Positions 7,276-14,889 of a stretch of DNA of 28,465 nucleotides are shown one piece after another. The stretch comes from an uncultured Caulobacteraceae bacterium. GTDB taxonomy: Bacteria > Pseudomonadota > Alphaproteobacteria > Caulobacterales > Caulobacteraceae. Position 1 is the stretch's first letter; the number at the start of each line of letters is the position of its first letter. Under the pieces are notes generated by a model. The model was not told where the DNA came from. It did no database searches and saw nothing but the letters and a program-made list of their open reading frames with translations. The stretch lies in the NCBI GenBank assembly GCA_964614675.1, contig CAZTMF010000001.1, positions 1-28,465 on the forward strand, given 5' to 3'. The position numbers and the translations under genes were made by a program.

Positions 7276-8991
7276 ATGGGCGACGATCGCATTCATTTCG
7301 AGGTGTTCGCCCAGAGAGCGGGCGGGACATCGTTCAGCCTGCAATCCGCCACCGAGACCCGTGAGCGCGCGCTCGAGACGGCCGAGGAGCTGATCGACAA
7401 CGGTCGCTTCACGGCCGTGCGGGTCACCAAGGAAACGCTGGACCCGGAGTCCGGCGAGTTCAAATCCATCACCATCTTCAACAAGGGTACGGCCCAGACG
7501 ACCCGGAGCAAGGTGGAACCGATGGAGCAGGCGCCCCTGTGCGTCAGCCCGGCCGACCTCTACACCGTCCACGCCCGCGACCGGATCGCCCGCCTGATGC
7601 AGGACTGGCTGAACCGTCAAAGGGCCACGCCCTTCGAGCTGCTGCACCGGGCGGACCTGATCGAGAAGCTGGAGGCTTCGGGCGTCGAGCTGCAGCACGC
7701 CATCCAGAAGATCGCCGTGCCCGAGGCCCAAGCGACGGGCGCCAGCGTGCATGAGATCATGCGGCGCTTCCACGACCTGATCCAACGCGCCATCGACCGG
7801 GTCCTCAGCGACGCGAAGAAGGGGCAGTTCCCCAAGCTATCACAGACCGACTTCGCGGCGACCTGCGAGCGGCTGCTCGAGCATCCGGACCGCTTCTACC
7901 TGCTGGGCGCGGGTGTGGCGGTCTATGTCGGCGCGGCCAAGGACTGGGGCGAGAAGGTGGGGCTGCTGCTCGATCTGGCCGATGCGGCGCCCAAGGCCGG
8001 GCCTTCGCGCGCCCTGGCCCTGCAAGTGATCGAACAGCCGCTGGGCGAGATCCTGCGCTCGCGCGTGGGTCTCTCGGAGTTGCTCGGCAAGGAGCTGGAC
8101 TTCGGCGCCAGCATGGGAGCCCTGACCCGCCTCGCCGCGGCGGATACCGTCGATCTCGTCTCCACCGTCGATGCGAACGTGGCGCGGCTCATCCCGCCAC
8201 TGACGGGCGCGCCCGAGCGGCTCGGCCGCTGGCTCACCGGACCCAGCTTCGAGGGCGTGCGCTTGGCCCTCAACCAGCGGATCCTGCAGGAACTGGGCGC
8301 GCGGCGGCGGCTCAGGCCCTCCGACGCGCACGGCGAGATCGAGATCCTGCGCGCCCTCGCCGTGGCGCTGACGTCAGCGGCCGGCAAGCTGTTGCCGCTG
8401 GACGACGTGCGCGAAGCCTTCGCCGAACGCTCCAAGATGCTGGTGGCTTCCGAGTTCGTGGACGCCCTGCTCCGCGAGAGCGATTCTCCGATCCAGGAGG
8501 CGCACGACCTGATCTGGCTTCTAGAAAACGTCACCGGCGGGGGCAACAAGCGCTCGGCCCTGCGCTGGCTGATGGCGACCGTCACCTCCCTGCGCTTCGA
8601 GACCGAGGCCCTGTCGGCCGCCGCCTCCAGCCCAGGCACACAGCTGACCCAGATCGCCGAGATCTATCGCGACACCGCCCGGGCCGCGGGCGAGACGGCG
8701 GGCGTGCGCGAGGTGCTGCAGCGCCTGTCCGACCTCGGCGGACGCATCGAGGCCCAGAACAAGATGGTCGCCCAGGTGACCAAATCGACGGCGCCCCCGG
8801 TGCAGAAGCTGACCATGCTGCTGAAGATGGCCACCGGCGAAACCGCCCCGCCGGGTCCCGCCGCCGAGCGGGCCAAAGCCCTGGCGCTGAAACTGGCCGC
8901 CGAGCCGGACGTCCGCTCCGGCCTGTCGCAGGACGCCGAGACGATGAGGCGGCTGCGCCAGGTGGTGGGTCCGCTCGCACCGGCCGCCTGA
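7276..8991 (+). CDS. Protein of unknown function, mostly alpha-helical, 571 aa
   Basis: Long ORF with typical GC3-biased codons and plausible globular composition. It has a small N-terminal alpha/beta segment (HFEVFAQR..AVRVTKETLDP), then APLC..DLYT..TPFELLH. No signal peptide or TM segment. Confidence 0.8.
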   Translation: MGDDRIHFEVFAQRAGGTSFSLQSATETRERALETAEELIDNGRFTAVRVTKETLDPESGEFKSITIFNKGTAQTTRSKVEPMEQAPLCVSPADLYTVHARDRIARLMQDWLNRQRATPFELLHRADLIEKLEASGVELQHAIQKIAVPEAQATGASVHEIMRRFHDLIQRAIDRVLSDAKKGQFPKLSQTDFAATCERLLEHPDRFYLLGAGVAVYVGAAKDWGEKVGLLLDLADAAPKAGPSRALALQVIEQPLGEILRSRVGLSELLGKELDFGASMGALTRLAAADTVDLVSTVDANVARLIPPLTGAPERLGRWLTGPSFEGVRLALNQRILQELGARRRLRPSDAHGEIEILRALAVALTSAAGKLLPLDDVREAFAERSKMLVASEFVDALLRESDSPIQEAHDLIWLLENVTGGGNKRSALRWLMATVTSLRFETEALSAAASSPGTQLTQIAEIYRDTARAAGETAGVREVLQRLSDLGGRIEAQNKMVAQVTKSTAPPVQKLTMLLKMATGETAPPGPAAERAKALALKLAAEPDVRSGLSQDAETMRRLRQVVGPLAPAA

Positions 8992-9155
8992 CGTCCCGGG
9001 CCGGACGTTCGTCGCGGAGCTCGGCTCAACGAGCGGGCGAACTTCAAGTCCGCCACGCTGGGCATTTTCGCGTTCGCCGCTCTCGGGACCCCTGCGACAT
9101 TTAGCCAATCTTCACCCGTCGGTTGCATATTCCATCAAGTGTTGGGGCATGGGCG

Positions 9156-9959
9156 ATGAACGCCGAGCAACCGCAGATCAAGGCTCTGATCCTGGACGAC
9201 GACCGTGCGTCGACGTCGCTGCTCGGTTCGCTGCTACGCACGGCGCGCCAGTGCGTCGCCTTCGAAGCGACTGACCCGGCCGGCGCGGCCGTCCTCCTCG
9301 AACAGATCGTTCCCGACCTCGTCTTCGTGGCCCATGCGCCGCCGAACCTCGACGCGACCCTGTTCACGCGCGAGCTGAGGCGCAGCGACCTTGCGGCGCG
9401 CAAGGCGCCGGTGGTGATGCTGGCCTCCGAGCCGACCCAGAGCACCACCCTGGCCGCGCGCGACTCCGGCGTGCACGAAGTGCTGCGCAAGCCCTTCACC
9501 ATCAAGGACCTGATGGCCCGCGTCGATCTCCTGACCGGCAAGGAACGCCATTGGATCGAGGGCGTGGCCTATGTCGGGCCCGACCGGCGGCGTTTCAACT
9601 CCGCCGAGTTCTCCGGCGCCAGGCGGCGGCGCGTGGACAAGGAGATGAGTTCTCCCGACAACGCCCGCATCGGCCAGGCCCTCAGGATCATGAAGGCCGC
9701 GATCGACGCCATCGAGACCGAGCCGCGTCAGGCGCTCCGGGCTCTGCGCGCCCAGGCCGACGAGCTGCAGGACGCCGCCATCGCCATGGCCGACTTCTCC
9801 CTGGCGGGGGCGGCCAAGACCCTGAAGCAGTACCTCGACCAGGCGCCGCGTCTGAACGGCCGCCAGCTCGCCGCCGATATCGACGGCATGCTGGGTTCCG
9901 CCGCGGCCCCGCCCGAAGCGGTCGAGACGCGGACCAAGAAGATCCTCTGGGTCAAATAG
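9156..9959 (+). CDS. Cle-type (CheY-like c-di-GMP effector) pseudo-receiver with a C-terminal helical extension, 267 aa
   Basis: Receiver fold motifs ILDDD, PDLVFVAH (phospho-Asp position is Ala), PVVML and LRKPF. These are followed by WIEGVAYVGPDRRRFNSAEFSGARRRRVD, the arginine-rich region typical of Caulobacter Cle proteins. Confidence 0.82.
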   Translation: MNAEQPQIKALILDDDRASTSLLGSLLRTARQCVAFEATDPAGAAVLLEQIVPDLVFVAHAPPNLDATLFTRELRRSDLAARKAPVVMLASEPTQSTTLAARDSGVHEVLRKPFTIKDLMARVDLLTGKERHWIEGVAYVGPDRRRFNSAEFSGARRRRVDKEMSSPDNARIGQALRIMKAAIDAIETEPRQALRALRAQADELQDAAIAMADFSLAGAAKTLKQYLDQAPRLNGRQLAADIDGMLGSAAAPPEAVETRTKKILWVK

Positions 9960-9985
9960 GCCTCGGCCTGCCCTGGCGCTGGGCG

Positions 9986-11107
9986 TCAGGCCAGCGCGGA
10001 CCGTAACGCTGCGATCACCCGCGTGACGCTGTCGTCCGTCAGCTCCGGATAGATGGGCAGGCTCAGGATTTCGGCCGCCAGGGTCTCCGTGACCTCCAAG
10101 CCCCCGGGGCCGATCGGAAGCCTGTCCGCATAGGCCGGCTGTCTGTGGACGGGCTCGGGATAGTGGATGGCCGTCACCACGCCGCGCTCGGCCAGGGCCC
10201 GGCGCAGAGGGTCGCGCTCCGGCGCGCGCACCACATATTGATGCCAGACATGGGTTTCCCCCGGCCCTTCGACCGGCAGGATCAGCGGAAGACCGCGCAG
10301 TCCCTCGGCATAGGCGCCGGCGATGGCGCGGCGGCGGGCGTTGGCCTGGTCCAGACGCGACAGCTTCACCCGCAGCACCGCCGCCTGCACCTCGTCCAGG
10401 CGCGAGTTCATGCCTGCCGTCTCGGAGACGAAGCGTCGACGCCAGCCATATTCTCGGAGGCTCCTTGCGCGCGCCGCCAGGTCCTCGTCGTCGGTCACCA
10501 GCATGCCGCCGTCGCCGAGCGCTCCCAGGTTCTTGGTCGGATAGAAGCTGAAGGCGCCGACCTCGCCGAAGCCTCCGACCTTGCGCCCCCCCACTTCGGC
10601 GCCATGGGCCTGGGCGGCGTCTTCGAGCACGACGGCGCCCCAGCGCCGTGCAAGGGCCCGGATCTCACGGATGCGGGCCGGCCGGCCGTAGAGGTGAACA
10701 GGAACGATGGCCCGGATGGGCGGCTGCGAAGATCGGAGCAAGGCCTCCAGGGCGTCCGGGTCCATGTTGAAGCTCGACGCCTCGACATCGACCAGCACGG
10801 GCGTCGCGCCGGCGAGCTCGATGGCGGCCGCTGTGGCGCTGGCGGTCAGCGAGACGGTCGCCACTCCGTCGCCGGGCCCTATCCCAAGGGCCTTGAGCCC
10901 GAGGGCGATGGCGTCCGTGCCGCTGGCGACGCCGACCGCGAACCGGGTTCCGGTCCAGTCGGCGAACGCCCGCTCGAATGACTCCACCTCCGGCCCCAGG
11001 ACGTATTGTCCATGCGTCAGGACCTTGGCGACGGCAGCGTCGATCTCGACCTTCTGCGCCAGGTAGGCGGCGCGGGGGTCAGCCTGGGGAATCGGAAGGT
11101 CGGTCAC
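9986..11107 (-). CDS. DegT/DnrJ/EryC1/StrS-family PLP-dependent sugar aminotransferase, 373 aa
   Basis: YVLGPEVESFE, VASGTDAI, PVHLYG, EDAAQAHGA, SFYPTKNLGALGDGG (PLP Lys), NSRLDEVQAA and LSLPIYPEL. The GTG start at 11107 overlaps the upstream stop (GTGA). Confidence 0.93.
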   Translation of the reverse strand: MTDLPIPQADPRAAYLAQKVEIDAAVAKVLTHGQYVLGPEVESFERAFADWTGTRFAVGVASGTDAIALGLKALGIGPGDGVATVSLTASATAAAIELAGATPVLVDVEASSFNMDPDALEALLRSSQPPIRAIVPVHLYGRPARIREIRALARRWGAVVLEDAAQAHGAEVGGRKVGGFGEVGAFSFYPTKNLGALGDGGMLVTDDEDLAARARSLREYGWRRRFVSETAGMNSRLDEVQAAVLRVKLSRLDQANARRRAIAGAYAEGLRGLPLILPVEGPGETHVWHQYVVRAPERDPLRRALAERGVVTAIHYPEPVHRQPAYADRLPIGPGGLEVTETLAAEILSLPIYPELTDDSVTRVIAALRSALA

Positions 11108-12090
11108 AGGTAAGCGGCAAGATGTTCGCGGAAATAGTCGAGAGTGCGCTGAAGACCCTCCTCCAGCCCCACCTGCGGCATCCACCCGGTCAGCCGCCGG
11201 AACAAGGCGTCGTCGGCATAGAAATCGCCGATATCGATGCGTCGGCGCTCGGCAGGGAATTCCTTCACCTCGAAACCGCCTCCAGTCAGGCGCGACAGAA
11301 GTTTTGCGGTCTCCAGCAGGCTCAGGGCCGGCGGCGCGCCGGACAGGTTGAACACCTTGCCTATGGCTTCGGGCCGGGAGGCGGCCAGCAGCAGGGCCTC
11401 CACCACGTCGTCGACATAGGCGAAGTCGCGCAGCTGATCTCCGTCCCACACCTCGAAGGAGCGTCCCATCAAGGCGGAGCTGATCCAAATGCCGAGGAAG
11501 GTCTGGCGGGCGTCCTTGATCCGCATCCGGGGCCCATAGGTGTTGGTCAGGCGCAGGATCGAGGCCTTCAGGCCGTAAACCTCGCCATGGAGCCGGTGAT
11601 AGCTCTCGCCGGCGAGCTTGTGCACGCCGTTGAAGTCGACGGGCCGGAGCGGATGGGCCTCGTCGACGGGAAGGTAGTCGGGCCGGCCATAGATCTGACG
11701 GGTCGAGGCGAACACTGTGAGCGCCCCTGGCGCCAGCCGGCGCCAGGCGTCCAGCAACGAAAGATGGGCCCGGCAGTTCAGCTCGAGGTCGAGCTGCGGA
11801 TCGCGCATGGAGTCCAGGTGGCTGGTCTGGCCGGCCAGGTTGAAGATGATCTCCTGGCCCGGCAGCAGGCGCTCCAGCAGCGCCTGGTCGCGGAGGTCGC
11901 CGATCTCCACCGCCAGACGGTGCTCGACGCCCAATATGTTATGGCGCAGGCCGCCCTGACCCGGATGAAGGCAATCGACCAGGGTCACCTGGGAGCCGAG
12001 CTCGACCAGTCGGCGAGCGAGATTCGACCCCAGGAACCCGAGACCGCCCGTCACCAGCACGCGGGCGCCCTGGAAAGCGGAGGCGCTCAC
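11104..12090 (-). CDS. NAD-dependent nucleotide-sugar epimerase/dehydratase (extended SDR), 328 aa
   Basis: VLVTGGLGFLGSNL, FNLAG, ASTRQIYG, FNGVHK (the YxxxK Tyr position appears to be Asn), RLTNTYGPR and RDFAYVDD. GTG start at 12090 with AAGGAG upstream, overlapping the previous stop. Confidence 0.92.
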   Translation of the reverse strand: MSASAFQGARVLVTGGLGFLGSNLARRLVELGSQVTLVDCLHPGQGGLRHNILGVEHRLAVEIGDLRDQALLERLLPGQEIIFNLAGQTSHLDSMRDPQLDLELNCRAHLSLLDAWRRLAPGALTVFASTRQIYGRPDYLPVDEAHPLRPVDFNGVHKLAGESYHRLHGEVYGLKASILRLTNTYGPRMRIKDARQTFLGIWISSALMGRSFEVWDGDQLRDFAYVDDVVEALLLAASRPEAIGKVFNLSGAPPALSLLETAKLLSRLTGGGFEVKEFPAERRRIDIGDFYADDALFRRLTGWMPQVGLEEGLQRTLDYFREHLAAYL

Positions 12091-13967
12091 TCTCCTTGCC
12101 GCTGGCCGGTCGCCTGCAGCAATTCGTCCAGGGCCGCTTCGACCGTCTCCACGGACAGCGACCAGGCGTCGCGCTGCGGCCCCGCCGGATCGCCGAACAG
12201 ATAGCTGAACCGGTTTCCCGACGCCCCGATCCAAAGGGCGATCTCGTCGAGGAATCCGTGAGCCGCAGGCGGCATGAGCGCCAGGACGCCGCGCGGCCTC
12301 GATCCATAGGCGGCAAGATTCAGATAGGCCGACCCATAGGCGCCCCCGATCATCTCGGCCTGCGAGAAGAGGGCGTGGGCGCGTTCGAAGCTCAGCCGCT
12401 CGGGCCGGATCGAGCGGAAGCCGCGGCGCTCGAAGGCGGCGCGGATCTCGGGCTCGTTGACGAGGCTGCGGGTCGAGACGCCTTCCCGTGACAGATAGAG
12501 GCGCTCCCCGCGATCGGTCTTCATCGGCGGAGCGAGGCGCTGATAGACGTCGAAAAGGCCCCGCATGGGCTGGCTGCGCAGGGGAAGGGGCCAGGACGGG
12601 ACATAGAGCTTGGCGAACACGGACACCCCCCGGGGATCGTGGAGGATGATCCGGTCGCGTCGGACGCCGAGCGCTTCGAGCATATGCAGCCAGGGCTCCG
12701 GCCGCCCAGACCGCACCACGATCGGACAATCAAGGCCGGCGGCTGCGGCGATCGTCAGGCGGCCGGGGAAGTTCAGCGTCCAGTCGCCGAAGCCGGAGTC
12801 CGTGGGACCCGCCAGCAACAGGGCCGGCGTGTCGAACACCTCGACCGGACAGGCGCCGTCGCGGAACGTCGGCGGGTCGGCGACGATGTGACCATGGGCC
12901 TCCTGCAGCCCCGCCTTGCCGAGGTCACACGGGGGCTTCAGTTCCTCGGGCGCTTCGCCCTTGCGGTTCAGGACCAGGCCGCGGCCGACCAGCGCTGCGC
13001 CCTCGAGCGCGGCCAGGTGCTTGGGCGCCGTCGTGTACCTGAACAGCGTCTTGCCGGCCGGCGCGCTCGCGAGCCGGACCACCGGCTCCAGTTCGACAGT
13101 CTCCCCTCCGGGATCGAGCGTCAGGATGGCGTCGCCGGACCCCTCGAGCTCGCGCAGGTCGCGCACCTGCTGCAGCGCCTCGCCTCTGGGGCGGATCGGG
13201 ATTGCCTCGCGTGGATCGAAGACGAATCCCCTGGGGCCAAGCCGCCGGGACATCACGGGCTTGACCGCCCATTGGGTTCGCGGAGAGTAGATGCGCCATG
13301 CCCGCTTGAGCGGCTCGAGCTCCTCGGACTTGGCCTGGGCCTCCAAAGCGCCGCGCCAGCCGAGCCAGCCTTCCACGAAGGCCGGACAATAGCGCGTCAG
13401 CTTGGCGAACTTGATCTCGGCGTCGGCGAACCGCCGGCGAGCCAACAGCTCCATCGCCTCGAGATACAGTCCCTTGAAAGCCGGGCTGAGGCCGCGCCGA
13501 GAGTCTTGCTCCAGGCCGACCAGGGCCGCCCGGTGACGGCGGAGAAGAACTGGCGCGTCCTCGGGATGCTTCGCGATGGCCTCCGCAAACCCCCTGGTGG
13601 CTTCGCTGTAGAATCCCATCTCGAAGAACAGGGACGCGCTTTCAATCTCCGGGATGGACGGGCCGTCACCGGTCTCCGGGCGGCTCCGCAAGGCGTTCAA
13701 CGCGTCGCTGAAGCGTCCCAGGCCGATGAAGGCCCTCGCCAATTCGACGGCCGCAGCCGCGGAAGCCGGGTGGAGGCGCACGGTCTCAGCGAGCTTGGCG
13801 ATCCGCTTCTTCGCGGCTTCAAGCCGAAGCCGAGGGAAAGTCAGCGCATTCGCACTCGCGATGGTCTCCACCGAGGCCGATCGGCCTGGGTCCGGACGCA
13901 CCGCCACAGCGGCCCGCCGGACGGGCGCACGGCGCGCCTCGACCGCTCTTACTCGCACAAACGCCAT
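12087..13967 (-). CDS. TPR-repeat protein fused to a GT61 (DUF563-type) glycosyltransferase domain, about 626 aa
   Basis: N-terminal TPR-like helices (LARAFIGLGRFSDALNAL, LFFEMGFYSEATRGFAEAI, LLARRRFADAEIKF..PAFVEGWLGW). C-terminal FGDWTLNFPGRL and RLYLSRE..RSLVNEPEI..GFRSIRPERLSFE..LFSQAEMIGGAYGSAYLN. Start inferred at ATG 13967. Confidence 0.78.
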   Translation of the reverse strand: MAFVRVRAVEARRAPVRRAAVAVRPDPGRSASVETIASANALTFPRLRLEAAKKRIAKLAETVRLHPASAAAAVELARAFIGLGRFSDALNALRSRPETGDGPSIPEIESASLFFEMGFYSEATRGFAEAIAKHPEDAPVLLRRHRAALVGLEQDSRRGLSPAFKGLYLEAMELLARRRFADAEIKFAKLTRYCPAFVEGWLGWRGALEAQAKSEELEPLKRAWRIYSPRTQWAVKPVMSRRLGPRGFVFDPREAIPIRPRGEALQQVRDLRELEGSGDAILTLDPGGETVELEPVVRLASAPAGKTLFRYTTAPKHLAALEGAALVGRGLVLNRKGEAPEELKPPCDLGKAGLQEAHGHIVADPPTFRDGACPVEVFDTPALLLAGPTDSGFGDWTLNFPGRLTIAAAAGLDCPIVVRSGRPEPWLHMLEALGVRRDRIILHDPRGVSVFAKLYVPSWPLPLRSQPMRGLFDVYQRLAPPMKTDRGERLYLSREGVSTRSLVNEPEIRAAFERRGFRSIRPERLSFERAHALFSQAEMIGGAYGSAYLNLAAYGSRPRGVLALMPPAAHGFLDEIALWIGASGNRFSYLFGDPAGPQRDAWSLSVETVEAALDELLQATGQRQGE

Positions 13968-14320
13968 CCGATCGCCCCCCGGCTCAATCAGAACACCAAG
14001 GGCGCCAGATTCGCCCCAAGCCCACGAACATTTCAAGTGCGCAATCAACGAAATGTTCGCGCCGAGCCGACCTGTGGCTCCGTTGAAGTGATTAAGATAC
14101 GACTGTGACAAGCCGTCGCTTGATCAAGCTTGATCTCGGCTTCTGCCCTGTCGGCGCGGGCGGGCGGAGGGCCCGCGCTCGGTGGGAGCATGTCCCAAGT
14201 TGGAGCGCGATCGCCGGCGACTTACTGCTGCTACTGACGCTCGCGGCATGCAGCCGCGCCCGAGGTTGCACCCGACGGACGCCCCCGAGCCGAAGCGTCC
14301 GATCACCAGGTGCGCGGGCG

Positions 14321-14611
14321 TCATTTGTCGGGCAAGGCCAACCGCGCGCCCAGGCTCAACACGGGCGCGCCGTCCCGCTCGATCCAGTGGGCCTCAAAAC
14401 GTCCTGCCAGATCACCGTCCAGCCGTCGCCGCAGCTCCCCGTCCACGTCCGGCGGGGCAGCCCAGCGGACCGGCGGCGAGGTGGCGTCATCCTCGAAGAT
14501 CAGCCAAGCCTGGTTCGGCGGGGTGCAACGGCACAAGACAATGACCACGCGGCTGTCGGCGCGGGCCTGCGAACAGCCAAAATCCGCGGGTGGCGGGGAC
14601 AGCAGGTGCAT
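14321..14611 (-). CDS. Small hypothetical protein, 96 aa
   Basis: The only ORF in the 14.0-14.9 kb gap that looked coding to me (mostly G/C at third positions). Globular-looking sequence VVIVLCRCTPPNQAWLIFEDD..ELRRRLDGDLAGRFEAHW; weak RBS. Confidence 0.45.
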   Translation of the reverse strand: MHLLSPPPADFGCSQARADSRVVIVLCRCTPPNQAWLIFEDDATSPPVRWAAPPDVDGELRRRLDGDLAGRFEAHWIERDGAPVLSLGARLALPDK

Positions 14612-14889
14612 CGCTTCTTTCAACTTGCAACTTGCCAAAATCGACCGTGGCGCAGCTCAGCTGTGACGCCTTGGGATTGCGCGGGTATATCAATGCCGCG
14701 AACGCGCGGCCAAAACTGGGCGCCTGCCGATATTGCCGGCGCCGACAGCCACTCCATCGAGGTTTGAGCGGAGACGTCCGAACAGCGCGACGGCGCACCA
14801 ATTCGATCCGTTCGGGCGCCAAGATGAAGATTGTCGTCCAGGGCTGACCGAGCCGCCGCGGCGTCTGTCGACTGTCGTGAAATAGATCC

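Noticed and set aside
8991-9008. Hairpins after genes (ACGTCC-N6-GGACGT at 8991-9008; CTCCAC-N6-GTGGAG at 22862-22879) as intrinsic terminators
   Set aside because: Six-bp stems with no U-tract; too weak to call.
13968-14111. N-terminal extensions given by the ORF track (also 4108-4203, 9123-9155, 11108-11488, 12091-12729, 22921-23010, 26006-26200, 27048-27065)
   Set aside because: Downstream starts have better RBS or stop/start overlaps and coincide with the start of recognisable domains.
14621-14640. TGGC..TTGC-like sequences as sigma54 promoters (also near 20286 and 4242)
   Set aside because: GG-to-GC spacing does not fit the -24/-12 consensus in any of them.
14100-14875. 7-bp direct repeat CGACTGT (14100-14106, 14869-14875) flanking the orphan ORF, as a possible target-site duplication
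   Set aside because: No terminal inverted repeats or transposase, and a 7-mer match is plausible by chance.
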